A stretch of DNA of 64,000 nucleotides from the human T2T-CHM13v2.0 reference genome, Homo sapiens. The notes below the pieces were generated by a model. It was not told the origin of the DNA. It did not search any database and worked only from the letters and a program-made list of their open reading frames with translations. The DNA is taken from the NCBI RefSeq assembly GCF_009914755.1, contig NC_060945.1; one strand, 5' to 3'. Positions 1-12,720 of the stretch are shown here, piece after piece; positions within the stretch are counted from its first letter, which is position 1, and each line of letters opens with the position of its first letter. The position numbers and the translations under genes are program-made.

Positions 1-19
1 ACACTAACATGAACAAAGA

Positions 20-478
<459 letters not shown>

Positions 479-502
479 TCAGACAGAAGAGCAGAAGGGT
501 GC

Positions 503-881
503 TGTATTAGTCATCTTAGGCTGCTGCAAAAAATACCACAGGCAGGATGGCTTAGACAACAGAAAGTTATATTTTCACAGTTCTGGAGGCCAGAGTCCGA
601 AATCAAGTTTCCAGCCACTGTGTATCTGGTGAGGGCTCTCTTCCAAACTTGCAGACAGCCACCTTCTGTGTCCTCACATGGCAGAGAGAGAAAGAGCAAG
701 CTCTCTGGTGTCTCTCCCACTTCTTATAAGGACACCAGTCCTATTGGGTTAGGTACTGCCCTGATGCCCTCATTTAATCTTAATTACTTCCTTAAGTGCC
801 TCACTTCCAAATACAGTCACATTGGGGGTTAGGGCTTCAACATATATGGCTTTTAGAGAGGGACATAACATCAGTCCGTAG
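503..881 (-). mobile_element. MaLR solo LTR (MLT1A-like)
   Basis: tgtattagtc...cacagttctggaggc...gggcttcaacatat is the reverse complement of MLT1A-type consensus motifs. Confidence 0.85.
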
Positions 882-1389
882 AAGGTGCTCTTGGTGGTCT
901 TTAGTTTAGCTTAAGTAAATTTAGCAAAATTATAGTGCCTAATAATTACTGTGAGATGTCGACCATCAACTGCTATATCCGGAGTTGGAAGCTGGAAAGA
1001 GAGGTCCCTGTGTCTCTTTTTGCTTCAAAGGCCAAAACTATCCACTTTCTTTTATTTTGACTAACTGGAAATCAGCCAACAAAAATGCAGTGAAGTCAGT
1101 GGTAAGTCTGACCTAGCATGAGTAAGATAAAGCTGAAGGTGAAACAGAAAAAAGAAAACAGCTTGAGCAAAGGTAGGAGGCCAGAGTAGTATATTCAAGG
1201 AAGGCTTCAGAAAGATATTTATAGTGAGCCTAAGTGGCTCACAGGACATCCTCCGCACACACATATACACCAAGAACAGAGTGCCTAAAGGGCTTTGCCT
1301 ATTATTAATGCTATTCAATTTCTGATTGATAACCTTAAATAATAGAGTTTCCACACCTATTGATGGTACCAACATGCACTAAATTCCTT

Positions 1390-1800
1390 ACCTGAATCAT
1401 CCTTGATGACTGTCTTTCTCTCACCCCCACATCTAATCTATCAGCCAACATACCAAAGCTTCCCCAAACATCTCTCACATCTGTCCTTTTTTTCTCTGTC
1501 CCCATGTCTGCCACTCAAGTCAGTCTCCACCAGCCTCCTACTAGTCATCTAATGGTATGTTTGCTCTCCCCCGCACTGTTCTCCACACAGCAACAGCAGT
1601 CACATCAATCCCCAGCCCAGAATTCAACAGTTTGCCATTATCCCTGCATAAAAATCCAAAGCTATTGCCTTAACCAGGAAGGCCCTTCATATGCAGGCTG
1701 GCCCTGCCCCAACCCTTCCCTGGCCACCTCCCATCCTGACTCCCTATCCAAGCTCACTCCACTTAGGGGTCTTCCACCAACCACAGTCCCCTCCACCTGA
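1390..1800 (+). mobile_element. L2 fragment (degenerate)
   Basis: ctctcacccccacatctaatctatcagc and downstream pyrimidine-rich motifs typical of L2. Confidence 0.5.
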
Positions 1801-2182
1801 GCACCCACACATGGTTGGTTGCCTCTTGTTCCATCTTTCCTTCCACTTCACAGCTGGCCATTTGGAGTTGGCTGTGATGGTGTCTTGTTTTACGGTAGTA
1901 AAGATAAAAATGATGCCCCCCCAAAATACAAAAAATGGAATTAGAATCCAATGAAACCCAGTGTATCTACATATTAGACTTTATAAAAGTAGAAATTTCA
2001 GATTTATTCAAGACCTATAAATGTTGTTTGGTCCTATGAAAACATCTAACTCATATTTAACCCTGAATTGTTGAACTCAAGGCCTTAAACAACCTCAATT
2101 TTATGCAAATCACCTCTAGTGGCCTTACGTTGGAAGTAGTTTTTTCTAAATTATATTCTATAGAATAACATGAGTGGTCTGG

Positions 2183-2591
2183 TGGTATGGCTTGGATCTG
2201 TGTCACTGCCCAGCTGTCATGTAGAACTGTAATCCCTAATGTTGGAAGTGGGGCCTGGGGAGGTGATTAGATCATGGGGGTGGATTTCCCATGAATAGTT
2301 TAGCACTATCCACAATATTTTTCAGATGGTAAGTTCTCATGAGACCTGGTTGTTTAAAAGTATGCAGCTCCTCCCTCACTCTCTCTTGCTTCTGTTTTTA
2401 CCAGGTGAACTTTCTGCTCCAGCTCTGACTTCCACCATGAGTAAAAGCTCCCTGAGGCCTCCCCAGAAGCAGCTGCTGGCACCATGCTTCCTCTATAGCC
2501 TGCAGAACCGTGAGCCGGTTAAATCTCTTTTCCTTATAAATTACCCAGCCTCAGGTATTTCTTTACAGCAATGTGAGAATGGACTAATACA
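2183..2591 (+). mobile_element. MaLR solo LTR (MSTA/MSTB)
   Basis: tggtatggcttggatctgtgtc...agcctgcagaaccgtgagcc...ggactaataca. Confidence 0.9.
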
Positions 2592-3213
2592 TCTAAAAAG
2601 AGAAAATAAAAATAAAAATAAACTAATTTAATTGGTTTTAAAAAGTGGCCACAATCACTTTGACATTCGTGCTGCATGGAACTGGGTTGCTATTGCTTAA
2701 TGTATTATTTCCTAAAATTTTTTGAACCAGAATCCACATAATCTTTTCCCTATCTTCCTAATCTCTCCATGGACACAGTTTGAGAAATCCTGGTCAAAAA
2801 TATCTCATTTTATTAGCTGAGAAGGAATACACTCAACTTGGAGATGATTCACTAGTCTTAAAGGACCATTTTATTTGTGGTTCTAGTCTTTGGCCAGAAT
2901 TTAGAGCTCATAACCAACAGAAAAATGCTTCAGTTGTTGTAGCATTAATTTTTAAAATATGACATTTATAATCTGCCTATTCCTGCCTTGGTCATGTGCC
3001 AATTGCTCATGTTTAAACATGTAATCTGAAGTTTCAAGTAAAAAATATGATTTGTCTTATAGGTGTTTTTCCTCAACTTTTCATTATAGAATATTTTAAA
3101 CACACATGAAGGATATAACGAGTATAATAAACCTCCATGTACCATCCCCCAGCTTCAGAAATTATCAATTCAGGCTACAACCTCACCCCTGGCAATGGAT
3201 TGTTTTGAAGTAA

Positions 3214-3542
<329 letters not shown>

Positions 3543-3633
3543 ATAAAGGTATTTTTAAAAGCTAACTGTCAGTTAATATTTGTTACTAAGAGTAAAAATG
3601 CCATAACTTCCACACTCCCACCTCATTATATAA

Positions 3634-3674
3634 ACACACACACACACACACGCACGCGCACACACGTACACACA
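3634..3674. repeat. (CA)n/(CG) microsatellite
   Basis: acacacacac...cgcacgcgcacacacg. Confidence 0.9.
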
Positions 3675-6220
3675 ATGCATGTTCATTAAAACGAATAATC
3701 CCAGCTGCTTCTGCTGTGGGGCTGGCATCTCTGAGTCTATTTCATGGCATGGCATGGGAAGGAGTGTTGACGGATGCCTCACATGTGTTCGGTTACTGTT
3801 GATAAGGACACTGTATAAAATATTTGCCCCAGACCACGGGGACTAATATGGTAGCACACTTTCATCTGTCAGATTGGCTTGATCCACACAAACCTGTCAA
3901 CAAAACCAGGTCAGCAGGCTGGAGTAGAGAAGGGAAAAATCAATAAATCTTTGAATTAATCATGCAGCTATCAGAGAGAATTATGGGTTCACACAGTGAA
4001 ATGTATACTTGGGCCTATTTGCTCCTTTCTTCTTCCAGTTATTCCTTCATTTCCATCCAATGTAGAGTCCCTCCTATAGAATCCCCACGCCAATAACTTC
4101 GTTTCTGTAACTAGGTTCAAATAACTGTCCCTAATTTATAGCTTCTGTTCCACCATAATTCTTCTAAGAAAGGGTTGGAGACTAAAGAAAAATAAGTCCA
4201 ATTTAAATCACAAGAAAAGCTGCATTCTAAATTGCTATGAGTGTTGCCTCTAGTTTTTAAATTCAGGTCGTATATGTTAGTCACAAATAAACAAATAAAT
4301 CTTGCCATAAAACTGGATTTTTACATCCTATATAATAACCTGATGTGCACAAATAATTTTACTGAACCTTCACAGAGGTTCTGATCCTTGTCACCTTGAA
4401 TATCCTTGCTGTTACACAGAGTTTACAATGTTTGTCCCTCGTGCCGCCTCCTCAATTTAACTAACCCTTCAAAAGAGAAATATCTTTAATCACATATCTA
4501 TAGTCCTTCCTATTCTCCTTCTGCATAACCATTTTACAAGAACACATATACTCTATAGCCACTATTAGTAAAAAGCAGCATCGTCTTAGATCCAGAATTT
4601 AAAATAGAAGTCACTATGAATATATTTTTCCCACCACCAAAAAGGTGTAAAATTTATAAACTGATCAATAACTATGCAACAAGTGTATATTTTAAATACA
4701 TGAAATTACTTTTCCAGTTTCACCATTTTTCTTGAAAAGAAAGTAATTATCCATATCCTTACTAGCAAGAAAAGCTTTGTTTTTAAAAATCTCAATACAA
4801 AACTAAAAACACTTAAATATTTTGATAAAACAAGAGAGAAACATTCATCTTATGTCAACAAGTCAAAGCCAGTAAAAAAAGCACAAGAAATTCAGGAAAA
4901 TACACATGTTCAGGACCATAAACTAAGCATGTGCAGAGTCCTATCAAAGTCATGCATCAGGCCTCGCGGAGCCCAGAGGTTCTGCATGTTTTGCATCTGA
5001 AATGGACTTCAGGCTTTCATGGAAAAGGTTTACTGGAGAACCCTGGGAGGCACGGCCAGCAATAGGATGTTCAGGTTTTCTCTACTTAGCGATGGAATTG
5101 TGTCGAATTCAGTAAAAGAGGAAATGCTTGAGACTTCGATTGCCGTATTGTTCTTTTGTTTGCTTGTTTTTTTGTCTTGTTTTGTTTTTTAATTTTTAAA
5201 AATTTTTTTACTTAGAGGCAAGGAATAGAGTAGATTCAGCATCAGAGGAATTGACTTGATGGGGACACAGTGTGGGACACAGACTGACATAGAAAGTTCG
5301 AACACAGAATTTACTGACCTTGAATAAATCCTTGTGGATCATTTAAAAATTACCTGCAAGGCTGAGATACACCTTTCTTCAATATTTCATCATGCATGGT
5401 AAGCATTTGGCAATACAGATTTTTTTTAAAGTCTTGAATCCTAGAATAATTTTTTTAAAGAACAAATTACTTCGCTTGGAAATCAGAACTGTGGAAACGA
5501 GTCACGTGCATCCGGGCCTCGTGCTCCCTGGCTCTCCACCGAGGGATTCAGCCTGGCTGCGTTCCGTTTTGGGAAATGGCCCTCCTCAATTTCAAGTTCA
5601 TTTGGCTTTTTCAATGATAGGGTTTCAATTCAAACAGATAACAATGCTGAGAACTAAAAATTTCACCATCTAATTAGCCGGGGGGGAATCTCAGTATGGC
5701 CTTTCTTTCCTAGTATCATCTGCAGTTTGAAAATGACTTGATGAAGGCTTTTTATAAAAACCCTTTACTTTTCCTGGTACAAGAACAATTGTAGTGAAAG
5801 ATACTGGTACAATGCAATGGGCATAGGAGGATAAAAAAAAAATGTGTGCATAAAAAGAAGCAGAGGAAACCAGGACAAATAAGAGATCAGAGAAAAGAGT
5901 GTGGCTGAAGGTTTCAAAATGCAATTTAGGTTGAAAAAAAGGAAGACACGATCCAACATCTATATCAGGCATTTTAATGGAGTATGAATCCCTGGTTAAT
6001 CTGGGTAAGGACAAGTGGGAGCCGGGGGGTGAGGGAATGCAGATAGTCACAAGGTTGAAAGGAAACAAAAAAGGCCTGGACTGTTGCAGCTTTCGATACT
6101 GGTGTGTTCTTCTGAAGATCCACTGCCCCATAGCTTTTATTACTTACTCAACATGTCCATGATCCCCCCAAAAAGTCAAGAAACATTGGCCTAAGGATAT
6201 TTCCATCTATTAAAAAAATA

Positions 6221-6591
6221 TGTATATCGACTGAAGATCTATTTCCCTGCCTCCCAAAATTCATATGTTGAAACCTAAACCTCAATGTGATGCTATCGGG
6301 AGGTGGATCCTTTGGAGGGTGATTAGGTCGTGAGGGTGGAGCCCTCATGAATGAGGTTAGGGCCCTTCTAAAAAGAGACCCCAGAGACACCATTCGCCTC
6401 TTCTGCCATGTGAGAAAATGAGAAGACAGCTGTCTATGAACCAGGAAGAGAACCCTCACCAGACACCAAATCTACCCACCTCCTTGATCTTAGAATTCCC
6501 AGCCTCCAGAGCTCTGAGAAATAAATTTCTGTCGTTTATAAGCCACCCAATGCATGGTAACTTGTTAATGCAGCCCAAACAATCTAAGACA
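6221..6591 (+). mobile_element. MaLR solo LTR (MLT1A0-like)
   Basis: cccaaaattcatatgttgaaac...cagcctccaga...aataaatttctg...ctaagaca. Confidence 0.88.
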
Positions 6592-8049
6592 ATATTTATA
6601 TATAAATACTTTTTTTTCAGAAATTACAGGTAAACATTTTCAGATATACAACATATTATTTGCATTAAAGTATATTTTAAATATTTGATATTGAAGTAAA
6701 GCTCAGTTATAAGTTTATTTCAAAATGAATCATTTTGGGAAGTACAGTTTTCAATGAACTTCTTTCAGAAAAATAAGTCTTTGTAATTCCTTCAGTATAA
6801 TAAGCCTACTGATTATAATTAGGTTATATCTGGCGTGTTTCTATCTCTTTTGTGTCTTTTTAAAACAGGTCATATAATTTTTAAAATGGCAACTTTAAAA
6901 GCATTGCCTTATCCAGAATAAGTGCTTAAATGACAGTAATGGAGAAATTTTCAACTGAACACAGAACTAGCGCAGACACAACCACCACAAAATCCCAGGT
7001 TGGAGTCCCTGCACCGCCATTCACTGCTCAGGTGACTTTTCACATCTGGGTGCTTTCTTCATCTATAAAATAATTCTCCAATGAGAAATCGGAGCCAGTG
7101 ATAGAGATGGGAGGCTGATCTAGGTGATATTTACATCCTCATATGGGCGCGTGTGGGTGATCTGATTGGCTCAGCAGCTGTCATTTCTGCCGTCCCTTCC
7201 CCCCATGTAACCTTTCCAGGGCTCCAGTATCCAGCTCAAAAAGACACCCTGAAGCTTCTCCACACAGAAATTCTACCATTCTTAGATCCATCATCATAAA
7301 TTGGTGAAGCATATTGATCACTATTTGAAACAACATGCCCTCACACACAAAAGCTATCCATGGCAGGTTGACACTCTGTGCTCACCAAATGTGTATAACC
7401 CTTTAGATAAAAAACTGAAAGTAAAGTCTGAGGCTCGTGGTGTGGCTATGGATTCAGTGCATCAGGAAATGCTGTAACGCGCCTCTGAAGGTCTCGGCAT
7501 GTCAGCCTCGCCTTGACTTGCACTGTCCTGCTTTTTAACAAATGCTGCAGTGTAAAGCTGTAGGTGGTTCCAACAATAGAATCATTTCATGAAAATAAAA
7601 GAAGACAGCTTTTGTTTTGGGAATAATAAATACTGGGAATTTGAAATGTCGACTTCCCTCAGAACGGCATCACGTAGGAGATGTCAGCTATGAAATCCCA
7701 GGCTGCCCCTGATTGGCCAACACAGGCACTCTTTGCCTTGGGAGGAGAGGCTGATGTGAAATTTGATTTTAGAGTAGTAGAAAAAAATATAAAAAAGCAA
7801 CAGCTCTTATTAAAGCATTAAGAAGAATTTAAAAGGAAATAACACCACCACTCTCATGGAAAAGTTGCTTATTCAAGATTCACTCCATAAACATGTATTA
7901 AGCTTCTACTATGTGTCTGGAATGGTAATGTTATCATTCAGTCGACAATATTTGTTGGCTCTTATGCATGTACATAATATGGGAAACTGAAAGAAAGTTT
8001 AAGAAAAGGCAAAATCTCTATCTTCTAGAGAGGGAGAATTTCAAGAAAG

Positions 8050-8200
8050 GACCTTGGGTCACTTACTGAAGCTCTCTCTGCCTCAGCCTTCTCATCTGTA
8101 AAGTGGGGCCGATGAAAGCAATTACTTAATGGGGTTGTCGAGAAGTTTTTAGGTATAACCTGACATGTGCATGCCATAGAATTGTTAGCTATTCAATAAC
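8050..8200 (+). mobile_element. MIR fragment
   Basis: MIR core gaccttggg...tgcctcagccttctcatctgtaaagtgggg. Confidence 0.7.
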
Positions 8201-8669
8201 TGACATGTGCTACAAGTATTTTAATGTAAATACTAATCTTTACTGCAAATACATACTCTGATTTAGCTGTGATGGTTAAGGCAAAATATAAGATCCTTTC
8301 ATTCTGCCTTATTGTCATTTTATATCATACTTTTGCTATTTAAGAAAAATAAACGTTTTAATAAATAAGTAAAGAGTTGTTTATTTTAAAATCCTACAGA
8401 CTATTAGTTCAGTAGCATTCTAATGCTTTTATGTTGAAATTGAAGGATTTTGGATTATTTCCCCATGACTTCTTCAGCATACCTTGCATTTTAGCAATTC
8501 TTAAATAGAACTACTTTTCTTTTACTTCCTAATAAGCCTCACACAAACAACGGCCTATTTGTTTTGAAACCACGGTGTCCTGACCTTCTGGTTTCTGGGA
8601 TACAAACACTTTAGACAGAAGATAATGATAATAATAATAAGAAGAAGAAGGACAATGACAAACATTAAT

Positions 8670-8880
8670 GTCAAGCACTGTGCTAAGAACTTTACCTATA
8701 TTAATTCATTTAATTCTTATAACAATCTTACTATAATGTTATTTTTATTCCTATTTCCATTTTACAGTTGAGGAAATTGAGGCATAGCAAGGTTATATGA
8801 CTAACTCAAGGTTACGTAACTTGGTCCAGGTTGAATATGGGGTATGGACCTAGACACTGGCTTCAGGCTCCACACTATCT
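8670..8880 (-). mobile_element. MIR fragment
   Basis: gcactgtgctaag...ccattttacagttgaggaaattgaggc. Confidence 0.75.
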
Positions 8881-9318
8881 ACAGGCTCTATAGAGAAATG
8901 CACACCTAGAGGTCCAGAATTACTTAGCTATGTTCCAATTCATGGAGCACCTCACTTGGCCTGAAACTGCAGTTATGGCACTCTTCATCTTTATAAAAAC
9001 ACAGTACCCAGGTCCACAGAGAGGTATTTAACTATGGAAGGTCTCACTACTGTGCAGTAGGGACCCAAAGCCAGGCTCCTTTGAGTGCAAACCCAAGCTC
9101 TGCTGTGCGCTGCTGGCAAAATGAAAGACATGCAGAAACCTGAAACCACCTCTAAGAGCACACACGATCTGTGTATTTTTGCTTATTTACTGTATCTGTT
9201 TATAGCTTCTTTTCAAAGAACATTTTGACTCTGCTCTACTGCAGAGCAGTGTGTGCTGTGGATTTTCTGTTGCTCATAAAGTCCAATTCTGGACAGCCAA
9301 TATTTTCAGCAGCATCAT

Positions 9319-9680
9319 TGTATTTTCAGGAACTACACACACTCAAATATTCTGTAAATACTCTCATTACTTCTCCCATACATGAGCCTTGGAGAGTCAA
9401 TGCAACTTTGCAAATAGAATTTAGTTGTTGAAGTTTCAACCACAGGTGACGATTTAGCCAATAAAAATTCAGTTAGTTTGGAATTAATTTTGGAATAACT
9501 GTATTTTCAGGAACTACACACACTGAAATATTCTGTAAATACTCTCATTACTTCCCCCATACATGAGCCTTGGATAGTCAATACAACTTTGCAAATAGAA
9601 TCTAGTTGTTGAAGTTTCAACCACAGGTGACAGTTTATCCAATAAAAATTCAGTTTGTTTGGAATTGATTTTGTAATCAA
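9319..9680. repeat. Tandem duplication, 2 x 181 bp, ~93% identical
   Basis: tgtattttcaggaactacacac... starts at both 9319 and 9500; about 13 differences counted by eye. Confidence 0.95.
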
Positions 9681-10232
9681 GGGTAACTTTTGAGGCAATT
9701 TTTTCATGCACATGTTTTCAGACTGCTAATCACTTGGGAAACTGATGAGTCGTTTGTCCATTAACAAATTTCCCCCTTTTCCTTTTGAGGAAGGAAACAC
9801 AGGACTTGAAGATGTCCAATAAGCCGTGGCACCCGAAAGTGAGGATCTGAAATGCAGGTGAAGCAGCTTGCCTGCCGCCCCTGTGCTTGGTCCAGGACTG
9901 CCTGGATCCTGTCCCCTACTGGCCCCCAGCCCGTTCTGACACAGACCAGGCTACTTGCAGCTGGGACAGCGGCAGCTGGTGGTGTGGCTGCCAGCTGGAT
10001 GCTGGCGCCGCCGGGGACAGGGCTGCAGGGACCCACAGGGCCTGGCACACCAGCACTCCTGGCTACCCTGATGGGGCTGTCTGCTTTTTGTTTCCTTCCC
10101 TTAAAAATGCTTTTTTTTTTTTAAGAATCTCATTGAGTATATATTTATCAGTTGTCTACTGTGTGTCCAGCAGGAGATGGAAAGATATAAAATGTGTGAG
10201 AGAGGGCAAATAAAGAATTGGAAGAATTTGTA

Positions 10233-10720
10233 ATCATAGTGGGTTAAATAGCTTCCCCCAAAAATGTCCTTTCTGGAGCCTCAGAATGTGACCTTATTTG
10301 GAAACAGGGTTGTGGTAGATGTAATCATTTAAGTTACCATGAGGTCATACTGAAATAAGGTGGGCCCTTCATCCAATATGACTGTTGGCTTTATTAGAAG
10401 AGGAGAAGAAATGCAAAGACACACACAGGGCAAAAGTCACATGTCGCTAGAGGGAGGGACTGGATGGAGTGAGACTTCTGCAAGTCAAGGATGCCAAGGA
10501 GCCAAGGACCGCAGGCAACACCAGGTGCTGGGAGGCCTGACAGGGACCCTCCCCAGAGTACTGACAGAGACCCTCCCCGCAGCCCTCTGAGTCAGCACAG
10601 CCCTGCTGACGCTGTGACTTTGGATTTGCAGACTTCAGAACTGTGAGGAAATAAATTTCTATTGTTTGAAACCAGTCAGTTCATGGTATTTTTTTTTTGT
10701 AGTCCTAGGAAACTAATACA
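10233..10720 (+). mobile_element. MaLR solo LTR (MLT1B/C-like)
   Basis: cctcagaatgtgaccttatttggaaacaggg...agaactgtgaggaaataaatttc...ctaggaaactaataca. Confidence 0.88.
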
Positions 10721-11064
10721 GTCATGATATTGAAAAATAAATGAATAAATCAAAGGGAAATTCCTTTGTGGTCATGGGGAAGGTTTCCTTTGTTGGAGGT
10801 GGCCAGAGGGATGCAGGGGGAGTGAATGAGCAGGACCAGGAGAGAAGGCAGGTCCGAAGTTGGGGTCACACAGGTACAAGTCATGGATGAAGCCCTGGAA
10901 GATGAGGAAATGACCAATACAGAAAGTGGATGGGATTGGACTTTTAGATTGACATACATTTCTGAGAGGGGAAGATGCAAACTGAAGGAAAGAGATAGCA
11001 CCGAAATATTCAGAGAGAAGATCAACCAGGCAGTGTAGTTGGATACAAACCAAAGGAGAGCAAC

Positions 11065-11671
11065 TGCTATGAACTGCCTTGTGTCCCCTAAAGTTGTAGA
11101 TGATGAAGCCCTAACCCCAAAGAAAGAGAGAAAGAGAGAGAAAGAAAAAGAAAAAAGAAAGAAAGAAAGAAAAGGAAGGAAGAAAATAAAGGTAGAAGAG
11201 AGAAAGAGAGAGAGAAAGAGAGAAAGAGAGAGAGAGAGAAAGAGAGAAAGAAAGAAAGAGAAAGAGAAAGAGAGAGAAAGAAAGAGGAAGGGAAGGGAAG
11301 GGAAGGGAAGGGAAGGGAAGGGAAGGGAAGGGAAGGGAGACCTGAGCACCTGTGTCACAAGAAATACAGTAATTACTAAGAGAAGTAATTTGGAGTATGA
11401 AAGTAATTAAGGTTAAATCGGGTCATAAGGGTGGGCCCCTAATCGGATAGAATTAGTGTCCTTGCAAGAAGAAACATGAGAAAGTCAGTCATGTAAGGAC
11501 AGCAGGAAGGCGTCCATCTGCACGCCAGGATGAGGCCCCCATCAGAACCTGACCATGCTGGCAGCCTGATCTCAAACTTCTAGGCTCCAGGACTATAAGG
11601 AAATAAATTGCTGTTGTTTAAGCCACCCAGTGTGTGATATTTTGTTTTGGCGTCCAGAGCTGCCAAATACA
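11065..11671 (+). mobile_element. MaLR LTR (MLT1A-like) interrupted by a ~265-bp insertion
   Basis: tgctatgaac...gaagccctaaccccaa [insert 11121-11385] ...gtaattaaggttaaat...ccaaataca; near-TSD gcaac/ggaac. Confidence 0.85.
11121..11340. repeat. Polypurine GA-rich / (GGAAG)n simple repeat
   Basis: ~220 bp almost purely A/G, ending in about 10 GGAAG units. Confidence 0.95.
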
Positions 11672-12417
11672 GGAACCAACAGAGGAAGTAGGTCAACTGT
11701 GTACATCTAACAGGGAGGTCAGAGAGAAACTGGACCAGGAGACAGCCTTGGGATTTAACATTTGGAAGTCATGGGTGATCTTGAAGTAGTGAATTTCAGT
11801 AGATTGTAACAGGCAAAGCCCAAAATACTCACTACTATAAACTATTATCTCAAACAGTTTGCCAGAAGAAAGAGAAAGAATGAAAGGAGTGTGTGACAGA
11901 GAGAGAGAAAGAAAAAAGAAAGAAGGAAGGAAGAAAGTAAAGACAGAGAAAGAAAGAAGTATGGAAGTTAGCAAAGGGAAAGGTTTCTTTAAAACTGGGG
12001 GACCTGAGCACCTGTGTCACAAGAAATACGGTAATTACTAAAGAGAAGCTGTCTGAAGCAACAGAGGGCACAGCTGATGAAAAGAGGTCCTAGAACGCCG
12101 GAGCAGGTAAGGGGACCAGGAGGGCAGCACGGTGGGAGGCTAAGCTGGAAGGAAAGAGGACAGCTCTTCCTGTGGGAGAGAACGTGGGGCTGAGCCATGA
12201 AGGAGGTAGAAAGGGTCATCTGAAGAAAGCTGTTCTCAGCCCCTGCAGAGTGAAAAGTTACGATCCTTTGAACACTGGAGAGTAGGTGCAGCAGAGTTGA
12301 GAATGGGGTGCTCCAGGATGCTGAGAAAAAGCTTGGGAAAGACCTCTTCAGCTATACAGACGCGGGCGCAAAAACACCTGAGCATCCAGACAATCAGTGA
12401 AGAGCTGGTTAAGACCG

Positions 12418-12720
12418 GGCCACGCACGGTGGCTCACACCTATAATCCCAGCACTTTGGGAGGCCGAGGCGGGCAGATCACGAGGTCAGGAGATCGAGAC
12501 CATCCTGGCTAACATGGTGTAACCCTGTCTCTACTAAAAAAAAAAAATAGCCAGGTGTGGTGGCAGGTGCCTGTAGTCCCAGCTACTCGGGAGGCTGAGG
12601 CAGGAGAATCACTTGAACTCGGTGGAGAAGAGGTTGCAATGAGCCGAGATCGCGTCACTGCACTCCAGCCTGGGTGACAGAGTGAGACTCCATCAAAAAA
12701 AAAGAAAAAAGAAAAAAGAA
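12418..12720 (+). mobile_element. Alu (AluSc-like)
   Basis: Full dimeric Alu with gatcacgaggtcaggagatcgagaccatcctggctaac. Confidence 0.95.

Larger units (their letters stand above)
10770..12050 (-). mobile_element. L2 fragment, interrupted by the MLT1A LTR
   Basis: gggatttaacatttggaagtcatgggtgatcttg and related motifs on both sides of the LTR. Confidence 0.5.

Noticed and set aside
5345-5372. Possible recursive splice site (minus strand ccttgcag|gtaatt); also ttcag|gtaagg near 1390
   Set aside because: Weak polypyrimidine tracts and a competing upstream AG; no support from sequence alone.
10750-11410. Long ORFs of 202 aa (-) and 123 aa (+)
   Set aside because: They are translations of the GA/GGAAG simple repeat (low complexity) and flanking TE sequence.
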